From Hyphomicrobium sp. (GTDB lineage: Bacteria; Pseudomonadota; Alphaproteobacteria; Rhizobiales; Hyphomicrobiaceae), in contig JBGTSB010000003.1 of the NCBI GenBank assembly GCA_041940525.1, positions 6,916-70,915 of the forward strand: a DNA stretch of 64,000 bases, in the 5' to 3' direction. The notes beneath the pieces are model-generated. The model did no database searches. It was not told where the DNA came from and saw nothing but the letters and a program-made list of their open reading frames with translations. Both the position numbers and the translations under genes were made by a program. Positions 9,508-19,655 of this stretch are shown here, one piece after another (position 1 is the stretch's first letter; each line of letters begins with the position of its first letter).

Positions 9508-12500
9508 CAGGGGCTGTTCTCGCGGGTCCGCTTCTCAAGCGCATCACGTAACGCCCCGAGTGAAGCGAACGGAGAATCCGGATCGGCACCCTTGGCCTTC
9601 TTTGGAGGAGCCGCCTGGCGAACCTGCGGGCGCTCTTCGCGCCGCCGCCGGTTGTTCCGATCGCGATCCTTGTTGAACTTGCCCTTGGCCTTGTTCGGCC
9701 GTTTAGCCTGATCCGCCTGGCGCTCTTGTTTCCTGCCGCCAGCATTGTCGGCGTTCTCGCTGGTCGCTTGACCATCGCTGGCGGTAGCAGCTGCCTCTGG
9801 ACCACCAGCCTTAGCCCGCCGGCCTTGATTGCGTTCGCGGCGGCGGGAGTCACGGTCATGGCGATGCCTGCGCGGCCGCCAGACTTCCTCAAACGTTTGC
9901 GGTTGTTGTGCTGCAACGGCGTCGGTTGCCTCTGATGTTGGCGCTTCGGCGGCTGCTTCAGGCGCGGCGGCGTTGTCCGCAGCTGCGCCATGTTCATTCT
10001 CGGACTGTGCGTTGCCCGCTCCGTCGGGATCCGGCGCGGTGTTCTCGTTTGCCGCAACTGGCGCGGAAGTGTCGGTACCCGGCTCCCCTGCAACGATCAC
10101 CGGTTCCGCGTTCGCCGTCGTGCCAACCTCTGATGCTGGCGAGGGAGCAACAACAACATCCGGCTCTTTCGCAGGCTCGGCTGCCTGTTCAACCGGGCGG
10201 CGTTCCATTCTGAAGCCAAGGGCACGCAACACTTGTCCAAGCTCGTCAGGCGAACAACCCAGAATGGACATCATGTCGGACGTGACGGTGAAGCCGCCAT
10301 CGCCAGTGGAGCCCTTCGGCGGCAACTCAGGCGCCTCGGGCTTTGCCCGCCAAGCCAGCAGTGGCCGGATCTGGTCGGCCAGACGCTCCAGAATATCAAG
10401 GCGGACTGCGCGGGGCCCACACACGTGGAAGCCGTATGCGCGATAGAAGACTTCCGGAATCGAAGCGTCGGCCGGAACGGATGTCAGCCCGGCGCGCGGT
10501 GGTTCAGGCAGGGCATCAAGAGATAGACCGGCATCGCCCGCATGCTTTAGCGCCCACAAAGTAGCAGCCATCTCGGCCGGCGCGGGCTTTAGCAGAAGCG
10601 GCACGTAGATGTTAAAGGCACCAAACCGCACGCCATACTTGCGCAGCTGTCCGCGCGAGGCCTGATCAAGGCTCTTGATCTCTTCGGCTACGATCTCACG
10701 CTTCAATACGCCGAAATGCTCGATGATGCGGAAGGCAATGCCACGGCCAAGCCCGGTCACGTCTTCCGCGTTGCTCAAATCGACCAGCGGTTTGAGCTTG
10801 TCGGCGATCAACTCTGTCACAAGCGTCTCAAGCCGGGCCTGAACCTTTTCTTTGTCGGGTCCAGACAAATGCTCATCACTCAAAAGAGTCACGCCCGGCT
10901 TCAATGGATCAGCGCCGGCTTCCAGGCGGCCGATCGGCTCGTCGCGCCAGAGCACTTCACCCTGCCGCGTGATCTTGAAGGCGTCCGGGTTGGCGGCGGA
11001 GACCCGGCGTGCGCGCAAGGCCAGCTCTCGCGACAGGACATGGGCGGCGGCGTTTCGTGCAGCTTTGCCGTGAATGCCGGTGTCGGCATGCGTGTCGGGC
11101 GAGAATAGGAAACCCTTCAATCGCCCCACGAAGTGGTCTTCGACCTTTATCTCACCGTCTTCTGAGATCACGGCATTCAATTCCTCTTTTTCGCGCATGC
11201 CGCGCATCAGCGCACTTGTGCGCTTATCGACAAACCGCTGCGTCAGGCATGTATGCAGGGCATCGGAAAGCGCATCTTCTATCTCGCGGGTACGCGCCTG
11301 CCAATGTTCGGGATCCTTCAGCCAGCTAGGCCGGTTGGAGACAAACGTCCATGTGCGGATGTGCGCGATCCGATTGGCCAGCGTATCGATGTCACCGTCG
11401 GTCCGGTCGGCGAAGGCAACCTGCTTTGCAATCCAGTCTTCCGGCACATGGCCATCTGAACTGCGCAGATACTTGAAAATGGCACCGACAAGTTCCGCGT
11501 GGTTCTGTGTCGAGATCTTGCGGTAGTCAGGGATCTGGCACACGTCCCAAAGCATCTCGACAGCCCCGGCGCCGCGGGTCAAGCCAACAATCTCTTGATC
11601 GTTCGAAAGCGTCTCCAGCGCGATGACGTCATCGGCGAGCCGGGCCCGCGTCAGCCGTGGTTCGCGCGGCAACTCGCGCAGGCTCTCATGCAGCTTTTCA
11701 AGGCTGGAGAAGTCGATATCGCGATTGCGCCACTGAAGAACTTTGACCGGATCGAACGTGTGCGTTTCCAGCCGCTCGATCACGTCGGGATCAAGCACGT
11801 CTGCGCGCCCTGTCACCCCGAACGTGCCATCGTTCATGTAGCGGCCAGCACGCCCTGCGATCTGCCCCAACTCCGACGGATTCAAATTGCGATGGCTATG
11901 ACCATCGAACTTGCGCAGCGACGAAAAGGCGATGTGATCGACATTGAGGTTCAAGCCCATGCCGACCGCATCGGTCGCCACCAAGAAGTCCACGTCGCCG
12001 GACTGGTACAGGTCCACCTGAGCGTTGCGCGTACGCGGAGACAGCGCGCCCAGCACCACGGCCGTGCCGCCACGCTGGCGCCGCACGAGTTCCGCGATGG
12101 AATAAACATCGTTTGCCGAAAACGCGATCACGGCGGTGCGCTGGGGCAATCGGGTGATCTTCTTCTCACCCGCATAGGTTAGCTTTGAGAGCCGTGGCCG
12201 GGAAATAAAGTTCGCTCCCGGGATCAGATCCATGATTGGCTCACGCATGGTCTGCGCGCCCAACAACAGCGTCTCCTTCAGGCCGCGCGCGTGCAACAGC
12301 CGGTCGGTGAACACGTGACCGCGATCGAAATCGGCGGCCAGCTGAATCTCGTCGATCGCCAGGAAATCGACGTCAACGTCGCGCGGCATCGCCTCGACCG
12401 TGCACACCCAATACCGGGCCTTCTCGGGCTTAATCTTCTCCTCGCCGGTTATGAGCGCCACTTTGGCGGCGCCAACGCGGGCGGAGATCTTGTCGTAGAC

Positions 12501-12647
12501 CTCGCGTGCCAGCAGCCGCAGCGGCAGTCCGATCATGCCGCTGTCGTGGCCGAGCATGCGTTCTATGGCGAGATGGGTTTTGCCGGTATTCGTCGGGCCG
12601 AGCACGGCTGTGACGTGGCGGATGCGTGTTTCGAAATCGCTACTCAT
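9507..12647 (-). CDS. Superfamily-2 ATP-dependent helicase (Suv3-like) with an Arg/Lys-rich C-terminal extension
   Basis: Walker A GPTNTGKTH, DEIQ box, and helicase C motifs (LVATDAVGMGLNL, QIAGRAGR). The C-terminal ~250 aa are low complexity (RRHRHDRDSRRRERNQGRRAK...). Confidence 0.8.
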   Translation of the reverse strand: MSSDFETRIRHVTAVLGPTNTGKTHLAIERMLGHDSGMIGLPLRLLAREVYDKISARVGAAKVALITGEEKIKPEKARYWVCTVEAMPRDVDVDFLAIDEIQLAADFDRGHVFTDRLLHARGLKETLLLGAQTMREPIMDLIPGANFISRPRLSKLTYAGEKKITRLPQRTAVIAFSANDVYSIAELVRRQRGGTAVVLGALSPRTRNAQVDLYQSGDVDFLVATDAVGMGLNLNVDHIAFSSLRKFDGHSHRNLNPSELGQIAGRAGRYMNDGTFGVTGRADVLDPDVIERLETHTFDPVKVLQWRNRDIDFSSLEKLHESLRELPREPRLTRARLADDVIALETLSNDQEIVGLTRGAGAVEMLWDVCQIPDYRKISTQNHAELVGAIFKYLRSSDGHVPEDWIAKQVAFADRTDGDIDTLANRIAHIRTWTFVSNRPSWLKDPEHWQARTREIEDALSDALHTCLTQRFVDKRTSALMRGMREKEELNAVISEDGEIKVEDHFVGRLKGFLFSPDTHADTGIHGKAARNAAAHVLSRELALRARRVSAANPDAFKITRQGEVLWRDEPIGRLEAGADPLKPGVTLLSDEHLSGPDKEKVQARLETLVTELIADKLKPLVDLSNAEDVTGLGRGIAFRIIEHFGVLKREIVAEEIKSLDQASRGQLRKYGVRFGAFNIYVPLLLKPAPAEMAATLWALKHAGDAGLSLDALPEPPRAGLTSVPADASIPEVFYRAYGFHVCGPRAVRLDILERLADQIRPLLAWRAKPEAPELPPKGSTGDGGFTVTSDMMSILGCSPDELGQVLRALGFRMERRPVEQAAEPAKEPDVVVAPSPASEVGTTANAEPVIVAGEPGTDTSAPVAANENTAPDPDGAGNAQSENEHGAAADNAAAPEAAAEAPTSEATDAVAAQQPQTFEEVWRPRRHRHDRDSRRRERNQGRRAKAGGPEAAATASDGQATSENADNAGGRKQERQADQAKRPNKAKGKFNKDRDRNNRRRREERPQVRQAAPPKKAKGADPDSPFASLGALRDALEKRTRENSP

Positions 12648-12826
12648 GTGCCCCTACGGCCTTGGCTTCCAAGCGGTTGGCATGGCATCGGCTGAAGTCT
12701 GGATCAAGTGTTTCGTGATCTGAGCGTGGCATGTCTTAAATCCTACGCCGGGACGAAGCCCGCTGCCAAACACGAATGATCCAAAGGTGAAGCGCGAACG
12801 GCCATGCCGCCAACGCCATCGGCGGT

Positions 12827-13669
12827 TCAGTTCGTCAGCGCGATCTGCATTTGGTTGGGGCCCTTGATCGTAACCTTGTTGGCTGAGATGACGGCTTCGC
12901 CGGCAGCAGTCGGAATTTTGACAGCGTGCGGAACCATCAAACCAGCGCTGGGAACAGGCCGGAATGTGATGAGAATGTTGTTGTTGCGGGCCAGGTCGCG
13001 CAGTTCCTGCGTCTCTCTGAAACCAGCAATCGGAACGTACTTAATCTTGCAGACGATGCCCTCCACCGGCTGGCCGGACGGTTGGCTTTCTTCAATGAGC
13101 ACTTTCTTCCGGTAATAGAGCACCAGATCGAAGCGCTGCTTGCCGTCAAAGATCGAAACCTTGCGGTCACAAGGGTTGGGGCCCTTTGCCCGGACGAGGC
13201 TCAAGATCGCGCTTAGCGGATCAGAAACGTCTTTAATGTGCTGCTCAAGCAGCGGCACGGTGCCAGGCAGTGGTTGTTCGGCCGGCAAAACTGTCAGGCC
13301 CGTCACGGTGCGGTCCTTGAAGTTCATGGCGACAGAGCCGCTCTTGATGGTGCTCTCGAAGTCGAATTGATAGAGCGCGGGAGACGTCGAATTGCCGGAG
13401 AGCGCCCCCTGGGTGCGCGTTTGACCCTTCCAGCCCAGCAGCCCGGCGATCGAAAACTCCGCATTGCTCTCCAACGCATAAGTTTTCGTGCTCAAGTCCG
13501 ATCGGAAGGTAAAGCTGCCGATTTCGAACCTATTCAGTTCAACGGAATAGAGTGCGTCGATCTGTACGCGATCCTGCTCGGCCGCGACAGGCAAACCGGA
13601 CCCTGCGAGAAGCATCCCGGCTGCGGCAAGACCGCAGCCCAGACCACGCATGAATTGCCTATTGGTCAT
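12827..13669 (-). CDS. Secreted hypothetical protein, DUF3108-like
   Basis: Signal-like N-terminus MTNRQFMRGLGCGLAAAGMLLAGSGLPVAA, followed by beta-rich sequence resembling DUF3108 proteins. The family assignment is from memory only. Confidence 0.5.
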   Translation of the reverse strand: MTNRQFMRGLGCGLAAAGMLLAGSGLPVAAEQDRVQIDALYSVELNRFEIGSFTFRSDLSTKTYALESNAEFSIAGLLGWKGQTRTQGALSGNSTSPALYQFDFESTIKSGSVAMNFKDRTVTGLTVLPAEQPLPGTVPLLEQHIKDVSDPLSAILSLVRAKGPNPCDRKVSIFDGKQRFDLVLYYRKKVLIEESQPSGQPVEGIVCKIKYVPIAGFRETQELRDLARNNNILITFRPVPSAGLMVPHAVKIPTAAGEAVISANKVTIKGPNQMQIALTN

Positions 13670-13990
13670 AACTGTCAAAAACACCCCAGAATGCGGGTCA
13701 ATCACGCAATCCTCAGCGCCTAAGCGCGTTTTGCGTCATTTGTTTGTCTCCGCAACGCATCTATCTTGCACAATAAGGGGTTATAGGCCCCTCGCGCCAG
13801 TTAATCTTGGCGCCAGGCCGCTTGACGCGATACCCGGCCCGGTATAGGAAAAGCGCCAAATTTCCGCCTGATGCCCTGATTGGCCATCCGGCGGGCTCTA
13901 CAGATGAGCCTTTCATCCCGGTGAGCAATTTTAATGTTTTCCACGCCTTCGGCACAATGGCTGATGGGCGCGGCGAAGGAGCATGATGTT

Positions 13991-14290
13991 ATGACACGGC
14001 GTTGTGAGCTGACGGGCAAGCTGCCTCTTTCTGGCCAGCTGCGCTCTCACGCAGAAAACAAGACGAAGCGCAAGTTCCGCCCCAACCTGGTGAACGTGAC
14101 GCTTCTCAGCGAAACTCTTCAGCGCAAGTTCAAATTGCGCATCTCGGCCAGCGCCCTGAAGACGGTGGAGCATCGCGGCGGCTTGGATGCCTTCTTGAAG
14201 AAGGCCCGCAACGAGGAACTTTCTGAAAAGTGCCTCAAGCTGAAGCGCGATATCGCCAAGGCGTCTGAGGATCAGGCGGCTGCCGCTTAA
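13991..14290 (+). CDS. rpmB: 50S ribosomal protein L28
   Basis: [43 protein letters not shown] is the canonical L28 N-terminus. Confidence 0.9.
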   Translation: MTRRCELTGKLPLSGQLRSHAENKTKRKFRPNLVNVTLLSETLQRKFKLRISASALKTVEHRGGLDAFLKKARNEELSEKCLKLKRDIAKASEDQAAAA

Positions 14291-14322
14291 GGCAGGCCCC
14301 TGAGATCAGCTGATAGAACTAG

Positions 14323-14356
14323 AAAAGGCCTGGGTGCTTTCGCTCCCAGGCCTTTG
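14323..14356. terminator. Bidirectional stem-loop terminator between the convergent rpmB and phytase-like genes
   Basis: AAAGGCCTGGG (14324-14334) pairs with CCCAGGCCTTT (14345-14355) as an 11-bp perfect stem with a 10-nt loop. A/T runs lie on both sides. Confidence 0.55.
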
Positions 14357-14402
14357 CCTTGCGCACGCTCATGACTGCCCGGTGGGGCAACGGCAGGGCG
14401 CC

Positions 14403-15485
14403 TCAATTCTTCGCTTGCTGGCCGCGCTTTCCGTCGAGGGCAAACTGCAGCAGCAAGGTGCGCTGGAAGAAGCGGTTGAAGTTGTCGTCAGAGATCAGGG
14501 TCACAATGGTTTCGCCGGCGGCGTTGGTGTGAACGCCAAGCCCTTCCATGTTGTCGATCTCTTTCGAGATGTCGGCCTGCAGCAAAGTTTCGCCATCCAT
14601 CACGGCGCCCGGCTTCAGTTTGCTCGCGGCCAGACGGCGCAAGCGGATCTTCACGCCTTCGCTCCAGCGGAACCGCCGTTCCAAGATCAGCAGATCGCCA
14701 TCTGGCAGCACCGCGGCGTCCGTGATGTCAAACCCGCCAATGTCGCGCACCGAGAACGCGCTGTGCTTGCCGCCGCGCAAGAACCAAGCCGCGTGGTGGC
14801 CGTCCTTCGTCATTAACCGCTCGGCGATCGCGACGATTGAACCCTTTGCTGGCCCCTTGTTCAACACGGCAACGGCTTCGATGCCGTCCGTACTGCGCCG
14901 CTCTTTCACGACAGACGGGATATTCAGATACTGTGACGGGGCACCGAGACCTTTCTTGCCTAAGGGAAAGCGGCCAATGCGGTCGAGCTGTTCAAACGAG
15001 ATCAGCAACGTGCCTTTCTCAAGCGTACCGGAAAGCAGCGTCACGCCCTCCGCATCCCGATAACGGTTGCGGCGCAGCTTCTTGCCTTTCAGCGCCAGCA
15101 GCGGTCCAAGCTTTGTGCTCTCGATGCCGGACAACACTTTGCCACGATATTCAAGCTTCCCCGTCATCCAGCTCCCGGCGTCCGATACTGCGACGAAGCT
15201 CTTGCCGTCAGGCGACAACACCAAGCCGGACCAGCCGCCGAACGCCTTCTCGGGTGACGACAAAACCAGGCCACCCCGCCACTCCAGTTTGCCGAAGCGC
15301 GTGGCGTCGCGGTCCGTTCGGTTGAAGCCAGGGATCGCCTTGCTTTGCACCACGATGGGCGCGGTGGTCATGTTTTGTGTCGCGGGCTTAGGATTGGCGA
15401 GCGCCACGCCTGCGACGGTTAAAGCCGCGGCGCCACCGGCCAGAAGCCGTTTCGGCCCGCAAGAGAGTTTACCGTGCGATCGCAT
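14403..15485 (-). CDS. Secreted protein of the esterase-like activity of phytase family (tentative)
   Basis: 360-aa ORF with a signal-like N-terminus. Motifs such as GGWSGLVLSPDGKSFVAVSDAGSW and DIGGFDITDAAVLPDGDLLILERRF resemble that family. The assignment is from memory. Confidence 0.55.
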   Translation of the reverse strand: MRSHGKLSCGPKRLLAGGAAALTVAGVALANPKPATQNMTTAPIVVQSKAIPGFNRTDRDATRFGKLEWRGGLVLSSPEKAFGGWSGLVLSPDGKSFVAVSDAGSWMTGKLEYRGKVLSGIESTKLGPLLALKGKKLRRNRYRDAEGVTLLSGTLEKGTLLISFEQLDRIGRFPLGKKGLGAPSQYLNIPSVVKERRSTDGIEAVAVLNKGPAKGSIVAIAERLMTKDGHHAAWFLRGGKHSAFSVRDIGGFDITDAAVLPDGDLLILERRFRWSEGVKIRLRRLAASKLKPGAVMDGETLLQADISKEIDNMEGLGVHTNAAGETIVTLISDDNFNRFFQRTLLLQFALDGKRGQQAKN

Positions 15486-15524
15486 CTCTGCCCCACCCTC
15501 GCATCAGGTTCAGTTCGAAAGCGG

Positions 15525-17438
15525 CTAGGCCCGCCGGACATCAAGTTTGGCCGCAGATCGCCGCATGCGCCGTACTTGGCGCGATTGACGACCGTCTCCG
15601 CCAGGCGGCCCGTTTTCTTCAAACAGCTCGGCAAGCTTGTCCGTCATCGCACCGGCTAGCTCACTTGGATCGTTGATCGTCACCGCACGCTGATAGTAGC
15701 GCGTTACGTCGTGCCCGATGCCGATTGCGAGCAGTTCGACAGGCGAATGCGTTTCAATTTCCTTGATGACTTGCCGCAAGTGCTGCTCCAGATAGCTTCC
15801 GGAATTCACCGAAAGCGTGGAATCGTCCACCGGTGCGCCGTCGGAAATCATCATCAAGATCCGGCGCTGCTCTGGCCGCGCCATCAACCGCGCGTGTGCC
15901 CAAGACAACGCCTCACCGTCAATGTTCTCCTTCAAGATGCCTTCACGCATCATCAAAGCCAAAGAGCGTTTGGCCCGCCGCCAAGGCGTGTCAGCGGTCT
16001 TGTAGATGATGTGGCGGATGTCGTTCAGGCGCCCGGCGTTGTTCGGCTTGCCCGCTTCCATCCAGCGTTCGCGTGATTGCCCGCCCTTCCAGGCCCGCGT
16101 CGTGAAGCCCAAGATCTCAACCTTCACGCCGCAACGTTCCAGCGTCCGTGCCAGAATTTCAGCAGCGCATGCCGCGACCATGATCGGCCGCCCGCGCATG
16201 GAACCAGAGTTGTCCAGCAGCAAAGTAACGACTGTATCGCGGAACTCCATGTCCCGCTCTTGCATGAACGAAAGCGGAAACATTGGATCGATGATAATCC
16301 GGGTCAATCGCGCGGTGTCGAGCGCGCCTTCTTCCAGATCGAAATCCCAGGCACGGTTTTGCTGGGCCAGCAGGCGGCGCTGCAAACGGTTGGCCAATCG
16401 CGCAACGACGCTAGCCAGTGCCTTCAGTTCCTTGTCCAGAAACGCGCGTAGGCGATCCAATTCTTCGGGAGAGGACAAGTCTTCAGCCAATACTTCTTCG
16501 TCGAACTCCCGCGAGAACACGCGATAGCCGAACGACTCCGGATCATCCAGAACGGAGGAGTTCGGCCGCCAGGGATCCGACGTCTCGGCCTCCTCAGGCG
16601 CCTCGCTTTCAACCTCAAAGTCTTGCGACTCGCCGGAATCCGTTACATCAGCAATGTCCGACTCTTCGCTTTGCGTGGACTCGCTGTCGCCGCGGCTCTC
16701 CTGGCCTTCATCGGTTTGCGTGCTCTCGTCGCTCTCTTCCTCGCCGCCTTCCGGCTTTTCCTCGTCATCCGACGGTTGCTCCTCAGGCTGGCTCTCGCCC
16801 GTCTGTTCCAGAAGCTCCAGCGCCGACAGCACGTCACGCATCAGCCGGCCAAATTGCTCTTGGTCGCCTGCCAACTCGTCCATGCGCTCCAAAAGGGGTG
16901 CGCAGCGTTCTTCAACCCAGGGCCGCCAGAGGTCGACAAGGGCTTGGGCGTTGTCGGGCGTCTCGATGCCAGTGAGCCGTTCGCGAACAATCATCGCCAT
17001 CGCCTCGCTGAGCGGAGCCGACTGGCGGTCTTTGACATGGGCGAAGCGGCCGTGGGCGAAGTGATCATCCAGTTTGGCGCTGAGATTATCTGCCATCCCG
17101 GACATGCGATTGGTCCCGATCGATTCAACACGGGCGTTCTCGACCGCTTCGAACACTTCTCGCGCGGGGCCGGAACCAGGAGCAAGGGAATGGTGTAGCC
17201 GGTCGTCATGGCAAGCCGATCTCAGTGCCAAGCTGTCCGCCCAGCCTCGAATGACCGCGATCTCCCGGCGGGTCGGCGTGCGCGACGGCTCCGGCAAATG
17301 CATGACGCTGCCGTGTAGATCTGGCGAGCCCGCGCTGAAACCTACGGTCATATCGCGATCGGCCGATACCGCTCGCGCTGTGACGCCGATGGCGCGCTTC
17401 AGCGGGTCTGCCGGTGCTTCGCGATGTCCATTACTCAT
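15525..17438 (-). CDS. cobT: Cobaltochelatase subunit CobT-like protein (vWA domain, acidic linker)
   Basis: 637 aa with a central poly-acidic stretch ([18 protein letters not shown]...) and a C-terminal vWA/MIDAS segment ([15 protein letters not shown]). It lies directly downstream of cobS. Confidence 0.85.
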   Translation of the reverse strand: MSNGHREAPADPLKRAIGVTARAVSADRDMTVGFSAGSPDLHGSVMHLPEPSRTPTRREIAVIRGWADSLALRSACHDDRLHHSLAPGSGPAREVFEAVENARVESIGTNRMSGMADNLSAKLDDHFAHGRFAHVKDRQSAPLSEAMAMIVRERLTGIETPDNAQALVDLWRPWVEERCAPLLERMDELAGDQEQFGRLMRDVLSALELLEQTGESQPEEQPSDDEEKPEGGEEESDESTQTDEGQESRGDSESTQSEESDIADVTDSGESQDFEVESEAPEEAETSDPWRPNSSVLDDPESFGYRVFSREFDEEVLAEDLSSPEELDRLRAFLDKELKALASVVARLANRLQRRLLAQQNRAWDFDLEEGALDTARLTRIIIDPMFPLSFMQERDMEFRDTVVTLLLDNSGSMRGRPIMVAACAAEILARTLERCGVKVEILGFTTRAWKGGQSRERWMEAGKPNNAGRLNDIRHIIYKTADTPWRRAKRSLALMMREGILKENIDGEALSWAHARLMARPEQRRILMMISDGAPVDDSTLSVNSGSYLEQHLRQVIKEIETHSPVELLAIGIGHDVTRYYQRAVTINDPSELAGAMTDKLAELFEENGPPGGDGRQSRQVRRMRRSAAKLDVRRA

Positions 17439-17462
17439 AGGCAGGCTTAGCCATGCTTAGGG

Positions 17463-18464
17463 TTAGCTCAGGGCCACGTTCGCGGCGCTCTCAGGGAGCT
17501 CTTCACCGAAAGAGCGCTGATAGAACTCCGCCACCAAGGGCCGTTCCAGCTCATCGCACTTATTCAAGAACGTTAGCCGGAATGCGAACCCGATATCACC
17601 GAAGATTTCGGCGTTCTCCGCCCAGGTCATCACCGTCCTCGGGCTCATCACGGTCGAAATGTCTCCGTTGATGAAAGCCTGGCGCGTAAGGTCGGCAACG
17701 CGCACCATGGCCGAGACCTGCTTGCGTTTCTCATCACCCTTGGAGAACGACTTGACCTTCGACATGATAATACGCGCTTCGTCGTCATGCGGCAGGTAGT
17801 TCAAGGTGCAGACGATGGACCAGCGGTCCATCTGGCCCTGGTTGATCTGCTGCGTGCCGTGATACAGGCCTGACGTATCACCAAGTCCGATTGTGTTTGT
17901 GGTCGCGAACAGCCGGAATGCGCTGTGCGGTCTGATAACCTTGGACTGGTCAAGCAGCGTCAGCTTGCCGGAAACTTCCAGCACGCGCTGAATAACAAAC
18001 ATCACGTCCGGCCGCCCGGCATCGTATTCGTCGAAGACCAGTGCCGTGTTGCTCTGCAGACAGTAGGGCAAAATGCCTTCGCGGAATTCGGTGACCTGTT
18101 TGCCATCCTTCAGAACGATGGCGTCCTTGCCAACCAAATCAATGCGGCTCACGTGACTGTCGAGGTTCACGCGAATGCATGGCCAATTCAACCGGGCCGC
18201 AACCTGCTCAATATGGGTGGACTTGCCGGTGCCGTGGTAGCCTTGGATCATGACGCGGCGGTTGTGCTTAAAGCCAGCCAGGATTGCCAAAGTTACGTCG
18301 TGGTTGAACAAATAGTCTGGATCTGTGTCAGGCACGTGCTCGTCGGCCTTCGAATAGGCGGGCACTTCCAGGTCGCTGTCGATCCCGAACACCTGGCGGA
18401 CCGACACTTTCATGTCAGGGTCTCCGGCAGCGGAATTGGTCTTGGCCAGGGTTTGAGCGGGCAT
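17463..18464 (-). CDS. cobS: Cobaltochelatase subunit CobS-like AAA+ ATPase
   Basis: [29 protein letters not shown]...[32 protein letters not shown] matches the CobS/MoxR-type AAA+ pattern. Confidence 0.9.
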   Translation of the reverse strand: MPAQTLAKTNSAAGDPDMKVSVRQVFGIDSDLEVPAYSKADEHVPDTDPDYLFNHDVTLAILAGFKHNRRVMIQGYHGTGKSTHIEQVAARLNWPCIRVNLDSHVSRIDLVGKDAIVLKDGKQVTEFREGILPYCLQSNTALVFDEYDAGRPDVMFVIQRVLEVSGKLTLLDQSKVIRPHSAFRLFATTNTIGLGDTSGLYHGTQQINQGQMDRWSIVCTLNYLPHDDEARIIMSKVKSFSKGDEKRKQVSAMVRVADLTRQAFINGDISTVMSPRTVMTWAENAEIFGDIGFAFRLTFLNKCDELERPLVAEFYQRSFGEELPESAANVALS

Positions 18465-18558
18465 AAAACTCTCTGCGGGTTGTTTCTGTGCCGTACGGAT
18501 AACGACGGCGGTCGGTTCGCGATTGATGGTTTAACAGCTGCTCTGGCGAATGCCAGGT

Positions 18559-19179
18559 CTATGCAAGTCCAGCCTGCTTCAGGAAGTTATAGGCCTGGAT
18601 GACCTCACGCAACTTGTCAGCGGAGCGCGTATCGCCGCCGTTGGCGTCCGGATGATGCAGCTTAACCAGCTCTTTGTACTTGGCTTTGATGTCTTCCTTG
18701 GTCGCCTTGGCGTCCAGATGCATCGTATCCAGCGCCTTCTTCTCCAGCGGCCTCAGGCTCCGCCGCCGTGTTTCGGCTTCCTCGCGCGCTTGCTTGGCCC
18801 GCCAGGCTGCAAAATCTTGTGCGCCCCCGCCGGAGTCGCCCTTGCGGGCCTTACCATCCTCGCGCGTGCCGTGCGCCCAGGCGTTGGCGCCAACCTTCCA
18901 CGTTGGACGATGTCCAACGATTGCGTCCTTCTGGAAGTTGCGCACTTCGTTATCGCTCATTCCATCGAAGTAATTGTACGCTGAATTGTATTCGCGCACG
19001 TGGTCTATACAAAACCGGAAATAGTCACCCTCGCGTCCGCGGCCCATGGGCGCGCGATAAGGCGCGGGCTTGCCGCAACCCTTCCATTGGCATGGCGGGA
19101 AGTCCGTATCGGAACGCTTGGGTTTCGCTCCGCGCTTCGAAACGCGGATCGAATCGAAGTATTTCGAGTTGAGCTTCAT
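18559..19179 (-). CDS. J-domain (DnaJ-like) protein
   Basis: C-terminal J domain with an HPD motif (KAKYKELVKLHHPDANGGD). I place the start at the internal ATG 19179 (MKLNSKYF). Confidence 0.75.
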   Translation of the reverse strand: MKLNSKYFDSIRVSKRGAKPKRSDTDFPPCQWKGCGKPAPYRAPMGRGREGDYFRFCIDHVREYNSAYNYFDGMSDNEVRNFQKDAIVGHRPTWKVGANAWAHGTREDGKARKGDSGGGAQDFAAWRAKQAREEAETRRRSLRPLEKKALDTMHLDAKATKEDIKAKYKELVKLHHPDANGGDTRSADKLREVIQAYNFLKQAGLA

Positions 19180-19317
19180 GCTAGGAAGTATGATCTCAAG
19201 GCTGGTCCCGCACAACAAGGCGGCGCGAAACATTCTACAAAAACCGGGCTTGCCAAATCATCAACATTGGCCAGCCAAACGGGGCATAGCAGGTAGCATC
19301 TTAAGAAGGGCAAAGCG

Positions 19318-19599
19318 ATGGCGCCCACAGCGGCAGAAAAACGCATCCGGGAGAAATTGATGGTGGCGCTGGAGCCGATACGGCTTGACGTCGTCAATGA
19401 AAGCGAGCTTCACGCTGGACACCGCTCTTCGCCCGGCACTGGAGAAAGCCACTTTCGTGTGCTCGTGGTCTCGGAAAAATTTGCCGGGCGCTCGCGACTG
19501 GAGCGTCACCGGCTGGTCAACGAGGTGCTGAAGGAAGAAATGACCAAAATCCATGCCCTCGCTTTGTCTGCTCTGGCGCCAGGCGAACAGGTCAGATAG
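19318..19599 (+). CDS. bolA: BolA family protein
   Basis: LDVVNESELHAGHRSSPGTGESHFRVLVVSEKFAGRSRLERHRLVNEVL is a BolA signature. Confidence 0.85.
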   Translation: MAPTAAEKRIREKLMVALEPIRLDVVNESELHAGHRSSPGTGESHFRVLVVSEKFAGRSRLERHRLVNEVLKEEMTKIHALALSALAPGEQVR

Positions 19600-19655
19600 C
19601 TGAACGTCAGGGTAGAAATGTGAGGAAAAAGAACGCGAAATCAATTAGATAGAAT

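Noticed and set aside
9350-10093. 247-aa minus-strand ORF in an alternative frame over the helicase C-terminus and the S4 gene.
   Set aside because: It overlaps two better-supported genes on the same strand. It is an Arg/Pro-rich out-of-frame translation.
13822-13848. TTGACG-15 nt-TATAGG upstream of rpmB as a promoter.
   Set aside because: The spacer is only 15 nt and the -10 element is weak. It is plausible but not well enough supported to list as a feature.
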